DNA of 64,000 nucleotides, from assembly GCA_051362555.1 (NCBI GenBank), contig CM120644.1, forward strand, positions 11,678,567 to 11,742,566. The letters are read 5' to 3'. Under the pieces are notes generated by a model that was not told the DNA's origin, did no database searches, and worked only from the letters and a program-made list of their open reading frames with translations. This stretch comes from Lingula anatina. Taxonomy: Eukaryota; Animalia; Brachiopoda. The position numbers were made by a program, and so were the translations under genes. Positions 1 to 11,169 of the stretch are shown piece by piece (the first letter of the stretch is position 1; every line of letters begins with the position of its first letter).

Positions 1-2482
1 AACGTGAACTAGTACCCGAGCCTCTCGGCAACAACCTCCAAAGACCTTTTCTCAAAACAACAAACAAAATTATAGAAATCAAAGTTAAGAAGAATTAGTT
101 CCAATGTAATGGAACGCTAGGAATGAGGCACTGGGCCGTGGAGAGAAAAGGAGACGCGAATTAATAATGATGATATGCAGTGACAGATTGCTCTCCTCTC
201 TGAAGAAGTTCAAGGGATCTGAAAAATCTGCTACATATTAGAGGTCCCCCTTCAAAGGGATTCCGGTCTTTTTGCAGCTACTGTTTTCCGTGTAGATATA
301 TGAAAGTTCACATCAGCCACCGAATCTCATTGTTATTTCCTCATTCCGCGTTCATCCCCATGTCGTGCAGTAATGTCCCCCCGGTCGTGTTACCTACATT
401 CATATTAATTAATCCGTTAGCACAACCCCCCCGTCCCGCCGTGCTTTAAGACAATGTGACTCATTTGTGGCTTTCTTTCTACCTGTCTTCGACATATTCT
501 TTGTGGATATAAATATATTGCTGATTAGTGAGGCGCGAAGCACCTCAGGAGCACTAATGACTGTCTGCCAACGAGGCCAACAGTAACGAATTAAAGCTGT
601 TTTTACAGGTACTTTGTTCTATTTTATAAATACAATTTGTTTCTGCTGTGAACAATAATAAGCCTGTGGATTTCTTGTTCTTGTTTTGTGTTCCTTTGGA
701 CTAAACACCAAAGCGAAAATTCAAGGCACGAGCGCATGTAAATATTCCACGACGATTCCTTTGATTATTCATCAAAGAGAAAATGATTATGGAAGAAATT
801 ATTTTGCAAGGATTCGCGCATGATACCCCAGAAAAAAAATTCTGAAGAACGTTTCGGCGCTTTTGGCGAATTTCTGCAAGGCTTTTGGCCCAAGGATATC
901 TAAGTAAACAAAGTATGTTTCAGATTAACTTCAATTCGATAAAATAAACCATTTGTCTCGTTCGTTTTGCTGCGAATGTCCAGGTTAACAGGCTACTTAA
1001 CTGATACTGCTAGAACGTGAAGCTACCTGCACGAGAGCGCTACGTCGTCTTTGAAGTCGGGCATAACAAGTGTTAACGGGGGAACATCAAAGGGATGCCG
1101 ACAGTTGGGGAGAATGGTACCTTGCTGATGAAAATTGGGGGAGGGGGTGATGGTTGAGTGAGGGGGTTGGACAAAGGGAGAGGAGATCGGAAGGAAGAGA
1201 GAGGGGGAATAAAAGAAAGAGTGGAAAGGGACAGAGAAATAGAAAAGGAGGGGAAGTACTTTGTAAATTATCTTAATGTTAGTAAAAAATGGCGATGAAT
1301 GCAAGCACATGAACGCTGCATGAAACAAACGAAAGTCCAACACTACGTGCTGCCCTATTCACACGAGACCAGTGTCGATATTTAAACATTTATCTTGACT
1401 TGGGCACTCGCAGGGTAGAGGAAAAATCAAGTACAACTACAACATCAAAATGTGTACTATATTTGTGACATAGACCTTGAAGATTGTGGAACTTAGCCTG
1501 TCCTCAACACGCTCATTTCTTTTCGGATATATAGAGGCCGTAAAATGAGATCAAGAGCCGTCCGTTAGCACGGTGATCTTCTTGAAAAATAAAAGAAAAT
1601 GTCCTCTCTGTAATAAATCGAAATAAATTTATCACTCATTTGAAGTGGAAATAACGTGTTACGTCATATAAATAAATTAAAATATGATTGAAAATCTAAT
1701 AAATTGCAAATGATGAAATAACACTTTAACCCACGTACACAAGAGATTATGTTTTATATCGTATTAATAATACCAACACGTATTGACAGTCTTTTGTCAA
1801 ACAAAAAAATATTGTTGTCCTCTTACGAAGCAAATGACAAATTTCAAACAAGAACGAAGAACACTGGTTTTGTATAGTGCGGTCGCTTGTGAAGAAATTG
1901 AAACATTGTTAACACAGGCGACGCTTTAACACATCTTATTATGATTTCCCCTCCGTCGCAACGCCCGGTGGACGGTCTTTAAGTGGGGAGCAAGCGGGGT
2001 TCAATTAAGAAGTCGTGTAACGCAAGCGCTTCAACGCATTTCAATAGCGGACACAATTCGAATTTCGAATGAAACTCTCAGCTTCAAAGATGAAGTCAAA
2101 TAAACAGTAATCAAGGCGCTTTTGTGGTGCTTTGATGCCGAAAATACCCCCAAGCCTACGGTCCGGGACTCGGGAGATCTTTTAATGAATTTCGTCAATT
2201 TTGTCATAGGTATCAATACCTCTGAAATGAAAGTCAGAGAGTTACTGGCGCATTGGCTATTTTGGTTGGGACGCGCAGGCTCCATGCAAACATCAAAGTA
2301 AAAACTTAAAGAGTTTTAATTCCGCCAATCTGAAGGGGGCGACGAAATGGTGCGATCTGATAAATTATTACCCGCTACATGTAACTTGCTGCTCTGCGTT
2401 CACAATGCATTGTATGCATGTGTAAAATACAGATACGCACGCCGTCATTTTAGATTGCCAGCTTCACACTTCGCTGAATCGA

Positions 2483-2483
<1 letters not shown>

Positions 2484-2520
<37 letters not shown>

Positions 2521-2627
2521 GCACGCACGCACGCACACAGAGAGAGAGAGAAAAAAAAAGAGAGAGAGAGAGAGTGAGAGAGAGAGAGAGAGAGAGATGA
2601 GCTGGGGGTGTTGTTGGGGGGGGGGGG
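2484..2627. repeat. Compound microsatellite (CT)n-(CA)n-(GCAC)n-(GA)n followed by a G-run
   Basis: Directly visible; it produces the spurious ORFs at 2347-2720. Confidence 0.95.
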
Positions 2628-3254
2628 TAGGGCAAAAATAATAATAATAGGAAAAAAGGCCGGGAAGTGAGAGGTGTGGAGTAAAATAAAAAGTGAACAG
2701 AAGATTGATCTCATTCCCACAAAACCGCCCCGCTAGGAATTAGAATAAGCAAACAATTTCAGACACAGATCACAGCTCTCCTGTAATTTCTTTAATCATT
2801 TTAGCGAGGAATGCTTTTCCTTTGATGTGTCTCTCCTGGCCCGGGCAGCAGGGGGGCCGTCGGGCTGCGCTCCATTTGCCAGACCTCTTTTTCACAGCCA
2901 CGTCTTTCGCTTACAACAAAAGCACACACCATTTGCAGATAATTCTACACAACCACATGATCCCCTGCACAGGATCACCATATTGCATTTTTGATGTCTG
3001 ATTAAAGGAGGGCATGAGTGCGTGCGTTTGTTCTTGCCTGCAGTTGTGTGATTTCGTGTGCGTGTGCAATCCTGTTTGTGTTTGCGGCCATAGTACATTT
3101 TAAAACTTCATGGATTTTTCTGCTGTGTTTACACATTTCTTGTCGTTATATTAATTGAATAATTTCCCAATTCATTGTGCAACCAATTTTGCTGTAAAAA
3201 AAATCGAGTACATTGATTTCCAATTTGAAACCACGGTTTGATCTTGTCTTGCAG

Positions 3255-4889
3255 TGCCTGGCGATGACGAACCACACGAGGTGTTTCCCGCTGCAATGAA
3301 GCTGGCCATGAGGTTCCACATGCGTAAACTGTGCGAAAACCCTCACTGTGTTGATTCCCTGGTCCTGTACATGAACAGTCCGACTAAAAATGATGGGACA
3401 AGCTTACTGTGGGACATAGACCAGGATGGGAAGGTAAATAGATATGACTCTACCACAATATATGAGGAATTTTGCCGTTTCTTTAACTAAGATTTAACTT
3501 TATACCAGAGTAGGTCTAACCCTTTTCAAGGAATGTGAGCTAACAGTAAACATTATAAACCAATTACGAAATTTTGGTCGTTGTCCGTTTTGGAATAGAC
3601 CTCAGGTGAATAAAGCTTAAATCTGTCAACTGACTGTACCCTCCCCCAAAACCACCACCAGACAGTGGTCAGTAAAACAATTCACTAGCACATGTTTATC
3701 TTTTTTAAAAGAATAAACAAAATAAATGGGTTTTAGAAGTATAATACTCGATAATGCCAAGAGCTGACGATCCAAGTATACATAGGTTCTTTTTGGAATA
3801 GAGACCAGATTTTCGTATGATCATGCCATATATGTAACTGTGATTTCAATTTCAGTTTAAATTCATTTATCTTAAATGTGTTTGGTGTGCCCTGGGAGTT
3901 GAGGCAGTGTTCTGTGGTTCAACAACTGCAATTTGTGGTTAAAAAGTTGCTCTCTTACTAACTTGGTTTACCTAACAACATGGAACGAAATGAATATAGG
4001 CCTATTTAGAAAATACGATTTACGCCATGCGGACATATAATCATAAACAACATCCTTTTTTAATTGTAGTCTGAAGAAAGTGAACGATACCGTATTGAAG
4101 AGCTACTATCTGACCTGCGCAGTTGTGCAGCACGGCAAGTGCACGTGATCGTGGACCAGAGCTACGCTGGGGAGTTAGCACGTGCTTTTCGGCGGTCACG
4201 TGAGCATAGAAACGTGGTTGTATACGCTAGTGGAAAAGATGGAGAATATTCCTACGGGAACGAGTACACACAACATTGGGTGGACTACCCCCACACACAC
4301 CGATGTACACATCACGTCCACGAGGTGCGAATTTTCTCTACCTTTCTTTTTCAATATATATTTTAAAGATTGGGATAAAATCTTGGTTAACATACTTTTC
4401 TACAGAAGAAAGAATAAAGAGAACTTTTAATTTGTAACTTATTATATGATTTAGTTCCCTTTAACCCTGTTACATCGGGCTTGTGAACGCATGGAGATAA
4501 TACAATGGGGAGAATGGGCTAAAACTCGTTCTGCAAGCGGTCGAACGCCCGGTTTAAAAGGTAAATACGCATCAAAAAGAGAAGGCAAAAATATATTAAA
4601 CCGAAGCATCACACATGCCACTTTTCTTTTACAGGAAGCAAGAATACACGTTTTACACTCCACGCCGGAAATAGCCGAACCTGACGGAACAAGCCGAACA
4701 ACAATCTTCGGAGCACCCTGTGATGTTATCCCGCCTTTTACGGAAAAAGAATTACGGCGAAATTACTGGGGATGTCAAAATCTTCCGACAGCTATATGGT
4801 TTAGACAAGTATCATCAAGGAGCTCTGACATTGGTCTTATCTTAGACGTTCCCCGATATAAGTCAGACAGTTCAATGCCCTACACGTAG
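3255..4889 (+). CDS. 3' exons of an uncharacterized caspase/legumain-fold (clan CD, C13-like) protein, probably catalytically inactive; 5' exons not located
   Basis: Three GT-AG exons join in frame: 3255-3433 (phase-1 acceptor), 4070-4324, 4635-4889 (TAG). Product includes DSLVLYMNSPT..DG..LLWD and IEELLSDLRSCAARQVHVIVDQSYAG, resembling the clan CD His-strand, helix and Cys-strand (DxCxSG) arrangement. Family call is by motif resemblance only. Confidence 0.7.
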
Positions 4890-6764
4890 TTCAAACTGTA
4901 CAGCGCCGTCTATCTCTAATATTGTATAGTATTGTGTATAGTACTGGGGAATTGTATATTTGTAATTTTATTTTATTCAATTTATTGTATAAAAGCAATC
5001 TGTACAAAGTCTAGTCCACGGTAAAATATTGCCGACATATTTGTAAATACGTGTAACATGCAAGCCATGACAGTTATGAGTGTCCCAAGAATGCACACCC
5101 GCGACATCTACTGTCCGAGAGGAAATAACGGTAGTGACACCTATAGATGAGAAACATCCCCTGACATTATCAACCTCTGTGAGCAAAATTGAAGCGCGAC
5201 TCCTGTAAAACTGGTAAAAGACGAAAAAAAAATGTTATATGGAGATTTATACAGTGAAGGTCTGAAGGACGATGTGAATGCGAACATTCTCAATGAATGA
5301 GGCAAATGATTCAGATTGTTAAAACACGTCATGAATGATTATGAACGACATGATAGTTTTCTCATATTGGAAATATGGAGAGCTTTTTTCTAACAGAGGA
5401 ATGAGCACAGGGGCTAAAACACCGACCTCTAACTTAAAGTGAACCTTCATAATTATAGAATTACAAAAAATTCTATAAAGGAACATAGCATGTGTCGAAG
5501 ACTGAACTATGGACGCCGTATTACTAAAGGGTCAGTTTTGTATAGAAACGTACGGCTTTTAGATGTGCTGTCATACGACCTCACCGTTTAACGCTAAATG
5601 GAGTGACTGCCACTTCAAAACAATAGGTGGCGTTGCTATATTTACCTACTCTGGTTGCCAATGATGATTATGTCGTTCATGTTGTAAATATACGAATGGA
5701 AACAAACGTCTTTACATTGTTGTGGTGTTTTAAATTTATTTTTCATACTCAATACCTACAATTGCGCACATTGTTAATAATGTACATGTAGATGGGAAGA
5801 GGAGGACAACACAGTCTAGATGGGATTAGAGTTATTAGATTTCTCATGTAGAGCAACGCAAGCGTTTCTAAGGATTATTTCTACATTTTTTGTGAAATGT
5901 GAATATGACTTTATAGAACATGAGTTGCGAATAGTAGTGAATATCGATCGTGGACCACATATAATAACGCTGTTTCATACTTCAAAATTATTGCGTTCAA
6001 ATACATGTTGAAAGCGTACCAAACCAGGTTAGATAGTAACATATGACTTTAACCGTAACAATTTACGCGATAAATCAAGCTTAATCGTAGATAAATTAAT
6101 TATTAAAAACACAGTGATAAGTTGGCTTGATAAACCATGCCTATGCTGTGATGTCTCCTCTATCACATTCTTATTTCTTCACTATCCCACACAGACGATC
6201 TTTATCACCTTCAAACGTGTTTGTAACACATCTGTGCTTCGTTTGTACCACATTCAGAAGATTATTTGGAGCAGACTGCACGCAAGTCATCTCGTCATAT
6301 TATACCTCGATTGACCCGTGTATTAGGATTCAACTAAAAGCTTTATGGACGTCACATTTTTTATATTATAGCCCCTTTTTTTTCAAAAGTAAGATATTAA
6401 TTTGCATGTAACATTTATTGGGCGTATTGAGTATATAAAGATCTTTAATCTAGCTCAACCTCGAGTTTCTTCGCATAATTTAGGATGTTTTGCTATGATA
6501 AACCCATTCAAAAATATGCAGAGGCAACACCTGAAGGACCAGCGAAATTTTACAATGTGAATTTTTGTTGTTGTTTTTTTTTCTTGGAATTTTTTTAAAA
6601 ATCTTTTTTTTTTTATTTTATATATATCAAGTACTATTTTTATATTTTTTATGTTATGGAACTGCTTACCAGTTTCTAGCAATAGAGAAATAACACGTGG
6701 TATAGCTTTTCTTTTCGAGTGGGTAGCCCTGAAAAGGGCTGTTTTGGAGGAATATGATAACTTT

Positions 6765-7535
6765 CTACATGCAACTTGCACCACCGGGAAGTCTGCTGCT
6801 ATGGAAATCTGGACGGTAGGGAGCTGGATCACCAACGGCAATCATGACTGGGGGCTCGTATAGACGACTGTTCGGATTATTCCTCTCGTCCAAAGCGGGC
6901 ACGTAGATGAATCTAGGTTTGGCAGGGGGGCAACCGAGCTTATGTCTCACCTTGCTAATGCTGGACTCACTGACGTCAAGGCCTGAAATAAATGAGTATA
7001 TTTTACTATAAATCTATTTTGATTATAACGATGATAATATCATCATTATGGCTACTTTAAAACATAAGACAGAACAAATGTTAAAGAAAAAAACATACTT
7101 AGTGCTAGCATACTTGGTATGATGTAAAATTATTACAAGTGCTCCAATGAACCATGCAAATGAAATAATGTACCTTATAATAGGGAACAAATATTGATTA
7201 CAAATACTACAGGAAAATTTCGTCTCACCTGTTTTCTTGTACAGGATGCTTTGCAGCTTTGCAGCGCTGGTCCAGGGGTTTCTCTTCATCGTTTTTCGAA
7301 TGATATCATAATGCTGGGAGTCAAATTTCTTCCCGGGCGGTAGAGTTCCTTTGGTTTTCTTCCCCTTTGTATTTTGCTTCTTGGCAGGTGAGGCGCTTTT
7401 CCCAGATGCGGTCTGTGACTGCTTCTTGGATGTTCCTCCACTTGTTCCTCTCCCTTGTCCACCCTTGGAGGAAGTGGCTGCGGATTTCCCGGCAACTGCA
7501 AGTGTAGAGCGTGCTTTGGCGTTCTTCAGAGGCAT
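6765..7535 (-). CDS. 174-aa basic protein: Lys/Gly/Ser/Thr-rich N-terminus plus Tc1/IS630-type transposase helix-turn-helix, no DDE domain
   Basis: Exon 1 7535-7229 (gccATG start; donor ACAG|GTGAGA) and exon 2 6982-6765 (acceptor TATTTCAG|GC; TAG) splice in frame, 525 nt. The junction rebuilds YDIIRKTMKRNPWTSAAKLQSILYKKTG|LDVSESSISKVRHKLG..KPR...P.LDERN, typical of the Tc1 second HTH and linker. TATAAAAAG at 7582-7574; AATAAA at 6617-6612. Confidence 0.75.
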
Positions 7536-7573
7536 GGCTGCTGAAAGTGTGTAGCTTACCGCCAACCCGTGCC

Positions 7574-7582
7574 TTTTTATAC
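7574..7582 (-). promoter_or_regulatory. TATA box of the HTH gene
   Basis: Minus-strand TATAAAAAG about 40-47 nt upstream of the ATG at 7535. Confidence 0.55.
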
Positions 7583-8445
7583 ACAACTGAAGCCTGGACC
7601 AAAGCGACACGTGTGCGTGCCCTCTATTGTTTACTGAGGACATACGGCACAATTAGTACAAAATTAGTACAAAAAGAGAGAAAAGGTGCGAGATCGCACC
7701 GCTAGATTAATCCTGGTGACGCACAGATAATTATGGGGTTCGGAGGAAAAAGCCAAAGCGATTGAAGATTTTGCTCAGGTAGATTGGTCATTTAGTGTCT
7801 TAATTGCAATCAAGGGAGGTATTTTTATTCTTCTACTCAAGTGTCATCCACGGCTAGCCGGTTGACACCTCTGATCACAAGGTAGGAGGAACGCACGAAG
7901 TCTGGTTAATTACAGAGTGCGGTACATTAGGACCAGTTGATCAGTATCTATGTCTTCAGGTAGATAACTAACGTGTCAACAACACTTTAAACGATTGACA
8001 CTAACATTAAGCTTGCTACGATGACTTTCAGTTGGTAAAATTGACTATTTGATTTGAAAACAGTCGAGAATGGCTTGAAAAAGGAGCTGCAGTTTTAATT
8101 ATTGATTATTTTATTTACAAAATCAATCTAGATGAAATTTGTCAGGGTTTCCTAGGAAAACCCCTCGTATATCATAGGCCCTACACGGTTTTGCTGTCCC
8201 TATTGTAAAAATAATGCCATCACGACAACCGGAGTTATGAATCAAAACTAAGTGGAGAAAATATATGGCACCCTATTTCAACAGACGGCTGTGCAACAAT
8301 AGGACTTTGATATTCATTTTTAGCTAACATGAAACCTGCTTAGATAGAGCAATAACACTTTTCTTCACTCTTTCTTCTGTTTTTTTTTTTTATTTTTGTT
8401 TTTTTTTTTGTTTTTCATCACCTTTTGTAGATACCTTCAACCAAA

Positions 8446-8820
8446 ATGCAGGTGAGGAAAGCACCTGTGGACCTGACTACAGCGCGTATTTTTTCTTCCC
8501 CCCTCTCTAATCGACTAGTTCCCACACAGTAACGGGAATAATTCTCAAGACACGTTAAAAGCACTGGTTTATAATCTTAACGCTTTTTATGGCTATAACC
8601 GGTGCGTAAATTATAGGAGATTTAAAACTAAGCCATGGGGACCCTTCAGGGATATTTACTACTCTTAACCACCCTACTGTCAGCAGTAGCATCACCAATA
8701 GAAAAATGCTCCTGTACTTATGTACATCAAAATAAACGGGTTGATGACATACCATCCTTTGCCAGTCAGAACGATAGCGGCCCGCTGATCATTGATCATG
8801 CTGTGTATTTCTTGAGTTAA
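8446..8820 (+). CDS. Candidate small secreted peptide precursor (gene model uncertain)
   Basis: Micro-exon 8431-8451 after a long pyrimidine tract ends aaaATGCAG|GTGAGG and can splice to CCCTTCAG|8650, giving MQGYLLLLTTLLSAVA-SPIEKCSCTYVHQNKR...; an alternative gccATGG start at 8635 is in the same frame. Signal-peptide-like N-terminus and a KR site. Confidence 0.35.
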
Positions 8821-9399
8821 TTCCCCTCAAATCACCTAATACTGTAAAATATACATGTAGGAAAAGATTATAACAGAGATTTCTTGAATATTCCTTCCTT
8901 AAATAAATCGTAATTTTGTCCATGATTTGTCATACGTTTTTTTACCATGTTCAAATGACAAAATTTTTGCTGCTGAAAACGCACCATAGAGTTTCATGAT
9001 TGAATAAATGGTGAAAATCATGCACCATGTGTCCCAACTCTTGAAAAAGCGCTATCTTTCAGTGGGATTATCAGCAAGAAAAGTTATTTTATTTTTTCTT
9101 CAAAAGTTACATCGCCGCTATTGCTTTACCCTATCGACTGTAATTACAGATACTGTATACACATGTATATCCAAAGTGGCTCTCTTCGTGTTAAGGTAGA
9201 AAGTTTCCCTTTGATCTGAAGCCTACCAACGAAGCTTCTGCGACCCGCTGTACATGTACCGTAACAAAGTTACGACAGCAGGTGACGGAAATACAGGTGG
9301 ACGTATCTATAAAATGTTATTTAATGTTTTTGGCAAACCCCTTGTTGCCAGCATGCTCTGCTACTTGAGGCTGTGACAGACAGGCGCGTGCAACGTCTG

Positions 9400-9402
<3 letters not shown>

Positions 9403-9468
<66 letters not shown>
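9403..9468. repeat. (AT)n microsatellite
   Basis: Directly visible. Confidence 0.98.
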
Positions 9469-9470
<2 letters not shown>

Positions 9471-10514
9471 CGTCATCAAGCAGTGACCCTGCCCAAGGTC
9501 ACCAGTCTTACTTGGCAATACCTGCCTTAACCATCGACAAAATTACGAAGTACAAAATTCCGATTTTCGTTATTATCTCCAAGCCTTAACTGTTTTATAT
9601 TATATTTGTTTTTCAAAGTGATATTCTCACATTATTGTTGCTATGGCAAAATTGTAAGATGAAAGGGAAAGGTGGTCTGCTTTGCATTTGGATTTTGAAA
9701 TTACATGGGTTTCTACATTTTCCTTACGTCCGTAAGAAATACAACATCTAAAACTGTTCATTTAATTATGATCTAAAGAGTTCTAAGATCTATTTAGTTC
9801 TTAGGTTATTATTTTGATTCACTCTCGTGATGGAATATGAGACTGATGAATTTTATAGCACAAAATTTTATTTTTAGTTCTTAAAATAACTCAGAAACGA
9901 GTTAATAGATCGTAAATTTCTTTATAGTTTTTTTATATGACATGCCTTGGTGACTTATGTCAAAATAAAAGTCCTGAAACTTCCAGGAAAATCAATTGTC
10001 TAGGTTTAACACGCAAAAAAGCCTTAAATATTGTTGCGACGGTTCATCCTTTCCGCATATTCGACCTTACAGCGCCATAAAGTCTGGTATGGTGATGTCG
10101 CACATGGACACGCCTTTGTGAGACTCACATCAAACATCACGTGACTTATTGTCAGGTGAAACAGTTAAAATATCGGATCACTGACCTCCCATGGTAACCC
10201 TCAACTCATGTTGTCATCTAGTAGGCGTAAGCTGTTAGGTGTTGTTACCTGTTTAGGTAAGGCAGATCTGTTTGAAATCGATATTACAGTTTTCACCTAC
10301 ATGCAATAACACTGCCGTTACGTTATCAGCTCGAATAAAAAAATTCACCCGATGTATTTTCATGCAACAGCATTATATCATAACACGTCGATATTTATTT
10401 CCGCATCATCCAACGAATAAGGGAAATATCCTGATATTTATATCATCTAAGGAGAAAAAGATAAATAATTGTATGGTATTGCTTCCCGTTTAGAGCAACA
10501 CAACAGGCCTAGGA

Positions 10515-10640
10515 ATGACCAATCAAGCGCTATTTCCGGGAGAACATCACGCGTCCATTTTGAACACCCCCTTTACCATGCAAGCCTCGCCGTCATTGTT
10601 TCTGAACTTCATCACGTGACACAACGCATATAAAATAGCC
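10515..10640 (+). promoter_or_regulatory. Putative Pol II promoter (CCAAT, E-box, TATA), possibly of the chitin synthase
   Basis: CCAATC ~10519, TCACGTGA ~10612 and TATAAAA ~10628 in canonical order, ~70 bp upstream of the LINE insertion site. Assignment to the chitin synthase is inference. Confidence 0.4.
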
Positions 10641-10701
10641 CAAGACAAGCATCCATCTCCGATCTTGGACACATAAAACGTTTTATTCGTCCCAGCTCTG
10701 A

Positions 10702-11125
10702 GCCACCAGTACAACAGTGCTACAAGTGTCAACAGTTCGGGCACGTAGCCGAACAATGCAAGTCAGCCGAGACTTGCAAAAACTGTGGCGGGGCGCACAG
10801 TCATAAGGAGTGCAAAGAAAGCACCCGCAAATGTGCCAATTGTAAAGAAGAACATCCGGCATCTTTCAAAGGATGCAAGGTGTATAAAAAAGAAATGAAC
10901 ACCGAACAAAAACGCATTTCAATAGACAATGCTAGAAAAGGGAATGTTGCTGAATCAATAAAATTGGCAATATGCCTAGCCAAATTACTTATCAAAATGA
11001 CATCAAAAAGACTAAAGATACAGGCAAACGAGAGCGACATCTGTAAAGACATAGCAGAAGCTGTAGCAACTACTTACAAGGTCAACATAGATGGTGAAAC
11101 TATCCACCACGTTGCCTTTAAGTAA
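10702..11125 (+). pseudogene. LINE ORF1 (gag-like) C-terminal fragment with three CCHC zinc knuckles
   Basis: PPVQQCYKCQQFGHVAEQC..TCKNCGGAHSHKEC....KCANCKEEHPASFKGC, in frame with ORF 10880..11125; the 5' part is missing. Confidence 0.88.
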
Positions 11126-11169
11126 AACAGACTCAAACAAACTAACACGCATCAACCCCCTACCCAAAG

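Noticed and set aside
1023-1343. 106-aa ORF over a purine-rich tract
   Set aside because: Low-complexity GA-rich sequence with no recognizable domain or splice support.
2347-2720. ORFs across the microsatellite (also 9321-9518 and 14010-14324)
   Set aside because: They are translations of simple repeats and A-tracts.
7023-7652. 209-aa single-exon ORF from the track
   Set aside because: It starts at a non-ATG codon upstream of the TATA box and reads into AT-rich intron; the spliced model 7535-7229 / 6982-6765 completes the HTH.
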